This document shows positions 12,489 through 24,494 of a stretch of 64,000 bases of DNA, one piece after another. The notes under the pieces are model-generated. The model was not told the origin of the DNA. It worked only from the letters and a program-made list of their open reading frames with translations, and searched no databases. Location: NCBI GenBank assembly GCA_002189035.1, contig NEEC01000020.1:1736001-1800000 (forward strand), given 5' to 3'. Origin of the DNA: Utricularia gibba (Eukaryota > Plantae > Magnoliophyta). Position numbers and translations under genes: made by a program. The stretch's first letter is position 1. Each line of letters starts with the position of its first letter.

Positions 12489-13576
12489 ATGTCCAGATTC
12501 CTAGTGTGCAGTCTTTCCATGCAATAGCTTATCCTCTTGATCCTATGCTAGCACTCGATATTAGGTAAAAACTGCAACATGATGTCCAAATATTCATCGA
12601 TTCTCCAGTTGGAAATATGCGACATACTGTTCAATTATTGCATCTTGCTACACAGTTTCACCTTTCAACTATCCAACGCCATTGACTGTTGAGTGTCAGA
12701 ATAGTATTGGTGGTCGTTTGAGAATTGGGTAATACTATTGATCTTGGTCATATTTGTGCACCAAAAATAGGAAATTGACTTTTTTCTCTTACGTCTCCTA
12801 GCTATGTTAGCAGTGATCTCGGGAATACCCTCTATCTCACCTCATGGGTTAAGTGTTTGGTCTACATTGCAGATCAAATGTTGAGGTTTGTACTTGTCTG
12901 GCACAAAGTATTTCTAGCTTTTTTTTTTTTCCTGAGGATGCTCCCTTTTATTGTTTTCGCTTTGTTATGGTACAATGTACAAATGTAGATCTTCTGGTAT
13001 GCTTTAAGCCGAAATGAAGGTATCGAATGGAGGCTCAGAATCCAGTCTGAAGCGGAGCAATTCATTGATGTATCGTCTATATCATCTTATATGATTCCTA
13101 GGATGATCAATGATGACCAGATCCATATTCTGATCAATCTTAATGGGTACACCAAGGTACGACAGTGGTTACAACATTTCATGCTTTGTAATGCATTTTC
13201 TATGATGTAAATAATAATCCATCATCTGCTCTGATCAATGCTACTATCTTCAGGGACAAGAAATGAGATATTCGCCATGCAGACTGCTCCAATTCAAGTT
13301 TCGTACATGGGTTTCCAGGAACAACTGGGGCAGCATACATTCATTATCTGGTCTCAAATGAGGTATCTTTTTTTTTTATCCTTGTTTTTAGTGCTTGTTT
13401 CCAAAAATTCGTTTCTTTATACCTTTCTTGGAGAAGCTGTTTTGGCCACTGATTATCTTCCCCCAAATATTTATTGCTTTTTGCAGTTTGTGTCACCCAT
13501 GTGCTACTCAAATATATATTCTGAGCAGATTGTCCATCTGCCTGCCTCATTGTATTTCGTAAATGACTACAAGAAG
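12489..13576 (+). pseudogene. SEC: O-GlcNAc transferase (SECRET AGENT-like) pseudogene, catalytic-region exons
   Basis: Six GT-AG bounded exons: 12489-12564 (PSVQSFHAIAYPLDPMLALDI), 12609-12728 (KYATYCSIIAS..RLRIG), 12802-12885 (YVSSDLGN/HPLSHLMG*VFG), 12989-13156 (EWRLRIQSEAEQFIDVS..QIHILINLNGYTK), 13254-13362 (RNEIFAMQTAPIQVSYMGF) and 13487-13576 (FVSP..IYSEQIVHLP..YFVNDYKK). Several 1-nt deletions and one stop. Confidence 0.93.
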
Positions 13577-16500
13577 GTAAGACTGTCAATCTGGTTTTTA
13601 ATATGAATGTTTCTTGTGGCCTTTCAGTTCAACAAATCTCTTAGTTTATGCAAGATTCTTCTATGGATTTTGAAGGATTTATAGCAGCCATTTTGTCACA
13701 CCCATACTCCGAACCTAAGAGATACGAGATGAGATCAACAAGTTCTAATATATTACCACTAGAATTTAAGCTTCTCAATAGGTCACATGCAAGTTTCTCA
13801 CTATCAACTCTAGTACAAAAGACAACATAAAACACAAGTAACCTAGACACAAGTTTCAACCCTAGCATCAACCGGGCTTCTTGATTATGACATCAACATA
13901 TTTACCCACTTAGGTACTCTCTTTAGGTTGATCACAAGACATTTACTTCTTCTCCTCTCCTGGAATAGTATAGAAATAATGTGGTCACATTATTGGATTA
14001 AAAATAGGCAACTAATAAGAAAGTACAAGAAGAACAACAAAATATATTTTAAGGAATAACACAAGCACATTTGGAGTCCCTTAGCCTATTTTTTCTTATT
14101 TATTACAATCCTTAGGCCTTTGTTTGACCATCAAACTGTCACAAATGATTCAAGATGCCTTTGCTCATGAAACAAGACCAGAAGTGCCACCTATTGGCTA
14201 CAATTTCACAAACTCCAGCCTTGAAATGGTAATACATGTCTTACTATAGCAATAATCCTGTTAGTTTGTCTTTTCTTGCTTTAATATTGTCCTTAACTGT
14301 TATAACTGTTAAGTGTGTAAATAAATCCAGCTACATAAGTTGGACGAACATTGCTTCGGGGAAGCTAAGTACATACATTTTGAATTGCTATCTTCATTTG
14401 TTTTCAAGATCCGTTCGCTTGTTCCCATTCGTACATCATGAATACCACATGAAAATAATTAAAACATTTATAGCCCCAAAAAAATTGGGGAGCCTACAAA
14501 ATACAAGTTTCGTAGTATACAAAATAAAAATATACAAAAAGAAGAATGCAAAAGTCAAACAAATGTATTCAGAAATTTTTAAGTCATGGTTTCATAGGCT
14601 CGACCCGCCATAAAGAAGTTATACTACAAAACTTATAATTTTTAATTGAGATTGGATGGGGCTATTCGGCATTGATCTGGATACAATTATTGCTATTGGA
14701 CTATGTCTATCTGAATTTTGTAGTCATTATTTTTTAATACAAATGGATTTCAAATTAAAATGAAAACAAGATTATTATCCCCTACTTCTTTTTTTGGAGT
14801 AACTAATTAAAAACCTAATTTCTTTAGATCCTAAAGTTATTTTTTAAAGTTTTATACAACAAGTGTTTTTATATGATGAAACACATTTTATTAGTTTTTT
14901 TAGGTTATAAAATTGAGATATTTAATAATATAATTAGGAATTTTAATTAAAATTTTTAATATTTTATTAATTGTAGTATTATTTGTATTTTTATATATAA
15001 TATAAACTAAATTGATGATTTAATATATATTATGATTTCTAATATTTTATTAAGTGTTAGTAGTAGCATTATGGATCATATTTGACTACTTTATAAGCAC
15101 AAGTCTATGGATACAAGACACACCGAGAAGATATAATTGATATTCAATCATCTGTAGTCTGTAGGTTCAAATCAAGAAGAGTATAAATGTTAAAGAAGAG
15201 TGCATTGACTTTGAAAAATGAGGAAAAGAGAAGTAAAGATATTTTGGAGAGAGAGAAGAGGTAGAAAAGGGGACTAGACCTCAGGTGGGGGTGGAAGAAG
15301 ATGACGAAAGTAAGAAGAAAACCAAGACGTTTGATTTAAAAGTATACCTGTATATTCTATTATATATTTAATTAAAAATTTAATATGGTAGTCATTTAGA
15401 AAAGTGACTTGTATATTCTATCACATATTAAATTAAAAAATTTATATTATGGATGCTCACTTTTCTTACATAATGTATGACACATGATCAGATTTCTAAT
15501 TCATTTGAGTTAATATGTGGAATACCAGAATGCCTATAAATAACATGTCTTTTTTATTTTTTTCATTCTCTTATTTTTTAAATTGCTTAGGAACATAAAA
15601 TAGTCTAATCCTTTATGATGTGGAATGAATAAGTTACCTTAATATTATTGACCACTTCACTCAACATTTAAGTAGTGTTCTAAAGAATTTTTAAATCTAT
15701 TTTTACTTTTTAAATGTAAAAATAGTTTTATTCTAGAACACTTTTAATTGTAAAAGTAATTCTATAAAAAACACTTTTAAAATTATAACTATAAAAGTAA
15801 AGAGTTAGTTAATTTTACTTTTTATTTCTATTTTTCAAAAGTAATTGTGAAAAGTAAAAATAAGTTTCAAAAATTTTCCAAAATACTGTTTTAAAGAATG
15901 TTATGCTCTACTTTTCTTTTTTCATTTTAATTCTTCTCCTGATTCTACGAAGTAAAATGCACATGTAATATATTCATAACAATATAAATGACATTTTTTC
16001 TAAATAACACAATGTCTTTTTCAAGAATACTCCTTAATTTCTTCTGCAACCCAATCCAAATAAAAACCAGATTAAATAAATAGATCTCCAAGAATAACAC
16101 AGTGTTTTATTGATGACTTTCATTGAAGGTTTAGTACAACGGCTCACTGCCCACTTAAATCTTAATGGAAGGTCATTGTTCGAGACATATTTTACATTCT
16201 GAGGATTGTTGTTTCTTACATCTTGCTTATCGTCTAAATAATCTCATAGTATCTAATTATCATAGCAGAGATAGCACACATATGCAACTTGCAAAGGACA
16301 AGCATATTTTAAGTTCGCTAACAAGTGTCTCTAATAGACTTATTACATTAAAAAGTGATGTGATATTTTTTAATTATAAAATAAATATAATATTTTTTTT
16401 AAAAAAAAAAACACAAGTCGGGTGGTGCAAATTCCATTAAATCCAACTCAATTTATAAAAGCTTCACCTATCCTTCAGCACCCGTTGACCGGGATAGTGG

Positions 16501-16599
16501 CGGGTTCACGATTCTCTTCATAAATCCAACTCAATTTATAGAGAGAATAAAATGGGCAGGCATTGAAAATTGAAAATACATATTCGTATTGTTTGTGAT

Positions 16600-18920
16600 A
16601 TTTTTATTTTTATATAAAAAAGCATAAACACCGCAATGCACATTTGCAGTACTTGCAATTCTTTTATAAATGGACAAGCACAACAAACGCACATTTGCAG
16701 TGCTCACAATATTTTTAATTTTTTAATTAAAAAAACATGAGCACCACATTGTAACTTTGTTAGGAAAAATGGGAAATTAATGCCAATGCACATTTGTTGT
16801 GATATTTTTAATTTGAGAAAATGGGGGTCGTACAATTTAATGCAATCCATGAAGCTAATAACAATATGCAACTTTTGTATGTTCATCACACCATCACATC
16901 GGCTTTTTTTATTAAAATACTTGTGTCACACAATTTTTTATTAAATTATCTATTTTTCTTTTTACTATTATCCAAATACATGTACTTTATAGTATTCTTG
17001 CTAAAATCCTCATATTTTTATCTCAAGATCATTTTGGATTTGTCTTCTCCTCTGTTATAAATGAATTTAAATTTTTTTAAATAATACAACTTTGTTTTTT
17101 AAAAAATAAAAATAATAAATTTGTGTAAATCCACAACTCTGACAATAGCTTTCAATTGCATTTGACTCAATCAGCATGATATTAAATAAATGGATAGAAA
17201 TTCAAATAAACAATAACTGCTCCAATTTTTTTAAATGGAGATTTTACATTTTGTCGTTGAAATTTCAAATTTTTGGCAGAATTTTGATTAAAATTTGAAT
17301 TGTGTAAATCTATTAAGTTAATATTTAAATTAAATTTTATTATCTTTCTGAAAAAAATATTTTTTGAGAAATAATCAATAAAATAGAAGTTAAATTTTTA
17401 TATTTCATAACAATGAAATACTATTCAAATAGTTTTAGTATTAATAGAATAGAATTCAATTATATTCGAAAAAAAAACTCTTTAAAATGTTCTTAATTAA
17501 TATTTTTAATTTTTGATTAAAAATAAGATTAAAAGATATGATCGAACTATAGGTATTTTGATTAATAAAAAAACAACAAACATTTTGAAAAAAAAACATT
17601 CTGATGATACAAACAATATAATAAATTTATTCATACACATCATTCTCATTCTAGAAGCATTAAAGAAAGGTAACAACAACATTAAGATAATAAAAAACAT
17701 CAACATATCTAATGGACTTTCTATTTGAGTGGGAAATTAGATTGAATCTATGAAAGCATATTGAGAACTTGCTTAGTGATCCTTCAGCCATAAGAGATGG
17801 CCTGCATCACCCTTGAGGCACAAGAACCTTTCACTATGAACTGATTCCGTGAGCAAATGAAGAGTAACGCACCATAAAGGATCTATTTCCTTAGCATACC
17901 ATCCATTGATTTGAAATCAACATTTCTCATATAAAATATTGTTGTTTGAGAAGTAGAATATAAATTTAATAACAATATGAATAATATTTTGTCATAATAA
18001 CAGAATGTCTTTTTCAAGAATGGTCCTTGAATTGGGAGGTCATTGTTAGAGAACAATGTTCAAGAACAACACAATGTTTTATTGATAAACCAGTTGGAGC
18101 TTTCATCTGAATGTAGGGCCATTGTTAGAGACCTACCTTAGTCATCGAACTGTGTGGGGGTTATTGTTTGTCACTATCTCGCTCATCGTTTGTAATGTTT
18201 ATGATATTTTAAATATTTTATAAAAAAAAATTGCAAGCACCAAAAATGTGCATTGGTGGTGCTTGCAATTTTTCTATAAATGGACCATCACCGCAAATGC
18301 ACATTTGCAATATTTGTTGTACTACAAATTTGAGAGAATAGGATCCTGCGACCTAGTGCATCCTGCACAATCTCAACTTTTTTTTTTAAATACTTTTGTT
18401 TATAAATGTGAAAATATTGCACAATACTTGTGATTTTTCTAATTTTAATATAAAAATGCATAACCACCACAATGCACATTTGTGGGCCTTGTAATTTCTT
18501 TTTATAAATGAGGAACTAGCGCGATGCACATTTGCAATGCTTGTGATATTATCAAATTGAGAGAATCTGATCATGTGATTTAGTGCAATCTCCATGATCC
18601 CAACTTATTATTTTTAAATAATATTTTTTTTATAAATGGACAAGTACTCAAATGCATATTTGTATTGTTTTTGATATTTTTTTAAAAAAGTGTCTGCATC
18701 ACAATGCACATTCATAGTACTTGCAATTTTTTGTTATGAATTGTCAGTCACTACAAACATACATTTGCAGTGCTAGTAATATTTTTAATTTTTTTTATAA
18801 AAAAACATAAGCACTGCACGTAATTTTTTTTTTTTTTGAAAAAAAGGGAACGCACTTCCAATGTGTTGTGATATTTTTAATTTGAGAGAATGGGGTCGTG
18901 CGGTCTAGCGTAATTACCAT
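16600..18920. repeat. Dispersed degenerate repeat family with AATGCACATTTG core (blocks about 16600-16870 and 18230-18920)
   Basis: Repeated AATGCACATTTG-type motifs and shared GTGATATTTTTAATTTGAGA-A-ATGGGG(G)TCGT segments near 16800 and 18867. Confidence 0.65.
17700..17935 (-). mobile_element. Decayed C-terminal fragment of a PIF/Harbinger-type Myb/SANT ORF (copy 1)
   Basis: Homologous to 19215-19440, sharing GCACCATAAAGGATCT and ATACCATCCATTGATT. Confidence 0.5.
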
Positions 18921-19199
18921 GTCTATTTACAACAAAAACATTTGCAGGACCTTCGTTATAATTTATGAATTGTTGCACTAAATTATAAGAGAAAACAATA
19001 AATATAATTCTTTGGTTTTGGGGACCGTGTGTCACCTACGCCCTGCTTGGGGGCCAATGAATTGCTAATTTGAAAGAATGGAATCTTGTGGTTTGGTGCA
19101 ATCCATGGAGCTAATAAACGTAAACAGACCCTTAGATGTTCATCACATGATGCACACTATTCTCATTCTCAAAGGATTAAAACAGGTAAACAATATGAA

Positions 19200-19800
19200 G
19201 CTACTCAAAATACCAACATATCCAATGGAATTTTTACTTGAATGGTTAGTTAGCTTTTGAAGGATCTATGAAAGCCAAAAAAGATCAAGAACTTGCTAAA
19301 TGATCCTTCAACCATAAGATGCCGTCTGCATTATGCTTGATACATAAAAACAGTGAATGATGAACTAATTTTGTGAACTAATGAGAAGCAATGCACCATA
19401 AAGGATCTCCTTCCTCAATACCATCCATTGATTCCCAAACCTGATCTCTTCCTTCAAGTTAATATGGCAAACGTTGGAATCAGCAATTTACCAAATGAAT
19501 TTGGCAAGTGAATCACTGTTGTAGGAGCAGCCTTTCTTTATAAAAGATGTGAATTGCTGTTGTTTTCCTTGTTCAAATGAATGGAGGCTTGCTTCAAAGG
19601 AGTACAAACCTATTTCTTCACAGATTTCTACATCTGAATCATTAATTTCACATGGTAGAATTCTTACAATGAATCTACTGGACGGTATGCAATTCCATGT
19701 AAGGTGAGGGTCCTTCGTGAATCTTTTTGGCATCATGATTTTTCTTAAATATCACATCATAAAATTGTTAAGAAGGAATTATGCTGCTAAGAATTTCAGA
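19200..19800 (-). mobile_element. Decayed C-terminal fragment of a PIF/Harbinger-type Myb/SANT ORF (copy 2)
   Basis: Translates MDGIEEGDPLWCIASH*FTKLVHHSLFLCIKHNADGILWLKDHL, resembling the C-terminus of plant Myb/SANT-like Harbinger ORF1 proteins as I recall them. Confidence 0.55.
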
Positions 19801-19861
19801 TTCATAAGAGAAATTGCTGCATGCTTCAAAGAGACACACAAAAAAACACCCACATGATTAC

Positions 19862-22830
19862 TTATAGCACACAGATTTTCCTACTTTTAGGATAACAAAA
19901 TTACAAATTTTAATTATGTTTAGTTGTATATTTTATAATTTTGAGTATTTTTATATATAATTTAGGAAAATGTGGTATTTAGTATGTTAGTTAGCCCACC
20001 CCATGTTCTAACTCTATTTTTGAGTCTAGCAGCAGTCCCAAAATTATGAAAAAGTCAAGGATTTTATGCAAGTCATCGTGCAGCATGGAGCAATGAGTAT
20101 ACTGTTGCGGCGGCAGTCTACAAGTCAGGGGCAAGAGCAGTAGAGTTATCATAGATTGTACTTGCTTTGAGAAATGCGAGATAGAGAAAAAAAAATGGAG
20201 GAGAGAGAGTCGCAAGGGGGGGCTTGGCCAGCCTCAGCACTAGTTTTTGCAAGAACGCACACAAGGGGGTTTCTCTCCCAACCCCAACACGATAAGTACT
20301 GAACCAGGAGAGGAGAAGAAGAATTTCATCCTCAAGAACAGCATCAGAGCCCAATCTAGTGCTACTATTCCGGCCCGGGAATAGTAGTAGACGGAATCCA
20401 GAACCCTTACTGCTTTATTTTCGTTAGTTTACGTTTTTAGCTTCTGCAACCAACTTTTGCATGATGTTCTTATCATTTTCGCTGCTTTATGTTAATGCCA
20501 TTACATTTTGCCTTCAAAGCATTAGTAGCTAAACCCTAGGGGTGCCTTAAGGTAAAGCATGGTGGTGGATCTAAGATTTTTAATAAAATTCATCATTGTT
20601 TCTTAACTCTTGTTCCTATCAATCCGTGGGTAAACCTAAAGAGGGGAATAAGTAGCTTCACAACTGAGATGCTTGGTTTAGAGGTAGACCAACAAATCAA
20701 GGTGGGAGCAGTAGGTGTTAGTCCAGGATAGAACTAGTAGAACCGGGTAGACCTAGTTCTATATGCTTTGCATGCGGGTAGACCTAATTGCAATGTTGGT
20801 TATGATATTGGGGACTAGCTTAGTCGAAAATATGATGAGTGACCTAGGTAGACCTAGGTTATTCCAAGTTGTGAGTATAAGAACATGGTAATTTAAATTA
20901 GACATTTTAGCACCATACCACCTGCAGATCCTTAAGACATCTTCGTATTATTCTGAGTTAGAATCTGTACTTGTTACCTTTCGCATTGAAACCTGATTTC
21001 GTTTACTGAACTTGCTTACCTATGTTAGTTCGAGCTTAGACTAAGACCACTATATTCCGAATTATGCATCTACTAAAATATTCAGCAAGTACAAGTTCCT
21101 TGTGATCAACCCGAAATCCACTATACACTTTGTGTTTAATTTGTATTTTGTGAGGATTAGAGACTATAAATTTATTTGATACGGAGATTTGATTTATTTG
21201 CAACGACATTGCTAAAATTCCCGTTTATCAAATTAGCGGTGTTTAATTTTTTTGTGTTTCTAGTTGATGCATTTACATTCTTCTAGTGTAGTTAATGTCA
21301 CTTTCTTACTAGAAGTTGAGAGAGCTATAAGCAAGAATAGGATAAGAATTAGGGAAGTGAACAGATTGAGGCAGCTCCCACCTGAGCCTGATAGCAATTT
21401 CAGAATGGTTGAACCTGAGAAGACCTTGAACGAATTAGATACTGCTGGTCATACTTATAGGGGTCTGTGCATCAAATTTCCAGAGGATGAAGCAAATGAG
21501 CCGAATCCGGTGATGATCAATTTTTTGTCCAAGTTCTATAGGAAAATTGGAGAGAACCCCCATGAGCATTTAGACAATGTGACAGCGGTATGCACTTCAT
21601 TCAAGGGAGCTGGAATGACTAAAGATTCCATTTGTTTGAGAGCCTTCCAATTTACATTGGAAGGAGGAGCGAAAACGTGGTTCAACTCACTAAGGCCGGG
21701 AAGCATAACCGATTGGGCTGGAATGAAGGTGTTTTTGAGCAAATATTTTCCACTTCCAAGGCTGAAGGAATTAGAAAAGAAATTAGCGATATTGAACAAA
21801 TGAGTGGAGAATCATTGCACGAATATTGGGAGAGATTTAATCATCTTTTGGGTTCCTGCCCACACCATGTTTTTCAGACCAATGTCTTGATCAAATACTT
21901 TTATGATGGATTGTTATGCACTGACCGAGCCATGATAGATTCGGCGGCGGGAGGATTTTTAAGGAAGAAGACACCAATCGAAGCTCTTTCCTTACTTGAG
22001 GAGTCGGCTGAGCATTCAAGACATATTATCAGGAAGCAAGCCTCAAACAAGAGGGTGTATGAAGTGAAGAGCAAGCCCAGGGTTTCAGAGATTGAACTCA
22101 CGAAAAATGTTGCTGCTATGTCTGAAATGATGAAGGAGTTGTTCTTATTCCAAGCTAAGAACATGCCATGCAGAAACTGTCACAGAACAGTGCATGTTGC
22201 GGACAAATGCCCAGATTTATTTGAGGAAGAGCATGTCAAGGCTATGAGATATTTGGAACCCCAGTAGAGGTAGAAATATGATCCATATTCAAATACTTCC
22301 AACCCAGGCTGGAGGGATCATCCAAATTTTCATTGGAGCAACAACAAAAATTCTTACAGAGGAGAAAGTTCAAATATGGGGTAGCAGAATTTCTAGGAGA
22401 AAAGATCTTTTCAGGCACCTCCATTTCGAAGGCAAAATCAATAGACCCAGCAGCCATTTCAAGCCTCAAATCAAGGCAATGCTAGAGGGAATTCTGAAAA
22501 TTCTTTAGAAGAGATGCTGAAAATGTTTGTGGTACAATCAACCAAAAATGAAGTGGAGAATCGACAAGCCATCAAGAATTTGGAGACTCAATTGACTCAA
22601 TTGACACTAGAGCTTGGAGAATTAAAGAAGAAAGAAGAACCAACAACATCATATTCAAATTCTGGTGGAAGAATGAATTGCAGCGCCATGACATAAAGGG
22701 GAAGCCAGACGGGAATTTAGTCCAACCTGGGACTAAAATTGATGAGAAGCAGGAATTTTGTGTTGCGGTTGTGTTAACTGGCCTTGAATCAGAACATGTT
22801 TGCTTAAATAAAATGCTCAAGAAATTCTAG
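19862..22830 (+). mobile_element. Athila-type gypsy element: 5' LTR (19862-21230), eroded PBS and truncated gag
   Basis: LTR T(T)ATAGCACAC...CGTTTATCA. Gag motifs ENPHEHL, LRAFQFTLEGGAKTWFNSL, ESLHEYWERF and KYFYDGL in frameshifted ORFs 21264-21803 and 21632-22267. No pol follows. Confidence 0.88.
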
Positions 22831-23882
22831 TAAGTGATTTTGCTTAGAAAGATCCCTAGTTTTCTTAGAGAGTTTTCTTTTTTTGTTGTTATCACCTGCA
22901 AACATGTTATCAAACCCTGTTTAATTTAACTTATGCATAAAACTTACAGTTAAAAACATATTACTTTTTTGGTTCAACCTAAACTTTTTATAACTATATT
23001 TATTTTCTAGTAGGATATTTGTGAGATACTTGTTTAATATATAAATGATTTTATGAGGAACGATTTCTGGATCCACGACTACTAGAGAAATTTCTATCTA
23101 CTAGACATCCTGTGAATTTTTAGAATGATTCATCAAGGAGAAAATTATATGCGAAAATCATTTGAGAAGATGAGCGATTTTGAAATGACTTACAACAATA
23201 CAAATGATCCAGTCTCAAAAGAGCTGAAATAAGAGGAGCATTAACATCATGATTTGGGGATCTGGATATGAATTTCTTGTGGTAGGGCTGTGATGTTTTT
23301 AAGCAATTTGAGAAAGTTATAGACATAAACGTATATTCATGTATTATTTCTAGCAAGAAGTCAAAATGAGAAGGGAAAATGTGTCAATTGTGTTCCAAAG
23401 GGAGAGGAATGTATGGAGATGAAGAAAGAAAATTTTAAAAAGAGGAAAAAAGGTGTATTATTATGATAACACTTACATTTTCTCCTGGTTGAAAAACAAG
23501 AAGTAACGAAAAAAACAGTGTGGAGCATCCTCTAAAATTATTGTTGCATTCTCAACTTGGTTGAGTCCATCTTGTTACAATCGAACAAATATACTAATAT
23601 AATAAAAATACTGATTATTATTTCAAATACTTTACTTTTTTTTGTTCACAGATAGATACAACAATACCATCAAATGTTTACAAAAATGTTTAAATGTGTA
23701 TTTTTACTCCAGACGTTTCAAAATGTGCACTTACCCCATACTTGTTTTTTATTATGGTATCAATCATCATCATCATATTGAAATGCATGTAATAATACAG
23801 AAAAAATTATTTATTTTTTGTCTTTATTTGTTTTGGGTTTATGAGATTTAACAAGAGTTAAAGGTTTCATCACCATTATTAC

Positions 23883-23883
<1 letters not shown>

Positions 23884-23919
<36 letters not shown>
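23884..23919. repeat. (TTA)12 microsatellite
   Basis: Direct count of 12 perfect TTA units. Confidence 0.95.
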
Positions 23920-23921
<2 letters not shown>

Positions 23922-24494
23922 ATTATTGATAATAATAAAAAAACCAGTATGCAACAAAAGTGCATACTTTGAAACATTTGCAGCAAAATACTCATTTAAA
24001 TGTGTTTGTAAATATATGGGGGTATTATTACATCTATATGTGAACTTTAGGGGCAAATTTGCACTACAACAAACTATTGAGATAAAAATGATTGTATGTA
24101 TAAACAATTGGGGGCATTTCTACAGATTTTCTTGTCTAATTATCTAAACCCTACTTATTATCCAAAAATGAAGAATATTTTTAATGACCCCAACAAAAGT
24201 TTTAAAAACTTTAATAAAAAATCATCGTGAACATTACTTCTTATTATTGTACACACCGTCTATCGAGTTAGTGGTACTGGAAGGTGTGAATTGATCATTT
24301 CCTGTATAGGAGACCTAATACTTGTTAGGTATTTTGGTTTAATGAATAATATATTGCCTTCTTTTCTTGGTAAATTTGTTGGTGGAACATATATGTTTAC
24401 TTTGAATTGTTAATTGTATTAAGAAAAAACTGTTTGTATGCTAACATAAAGAAGTGCAAATTTTTCATAAACAAAATCTTTTTTCTTAACTATA

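Noticed and set aside
13600-14450. TE- or LTR-like stretch after the last SEC exon
   Set aside because: No termini, TSD or protein motif could be identified.
24062-24075. CACTA-like terminus CACTACAAC
   Set aside because: No partner TIR, subterminal repeats or transposase.
23811-24107. ORF with poly-Asn tract
   Set aside because: Artefact of the (TTA)12 microsatellite.
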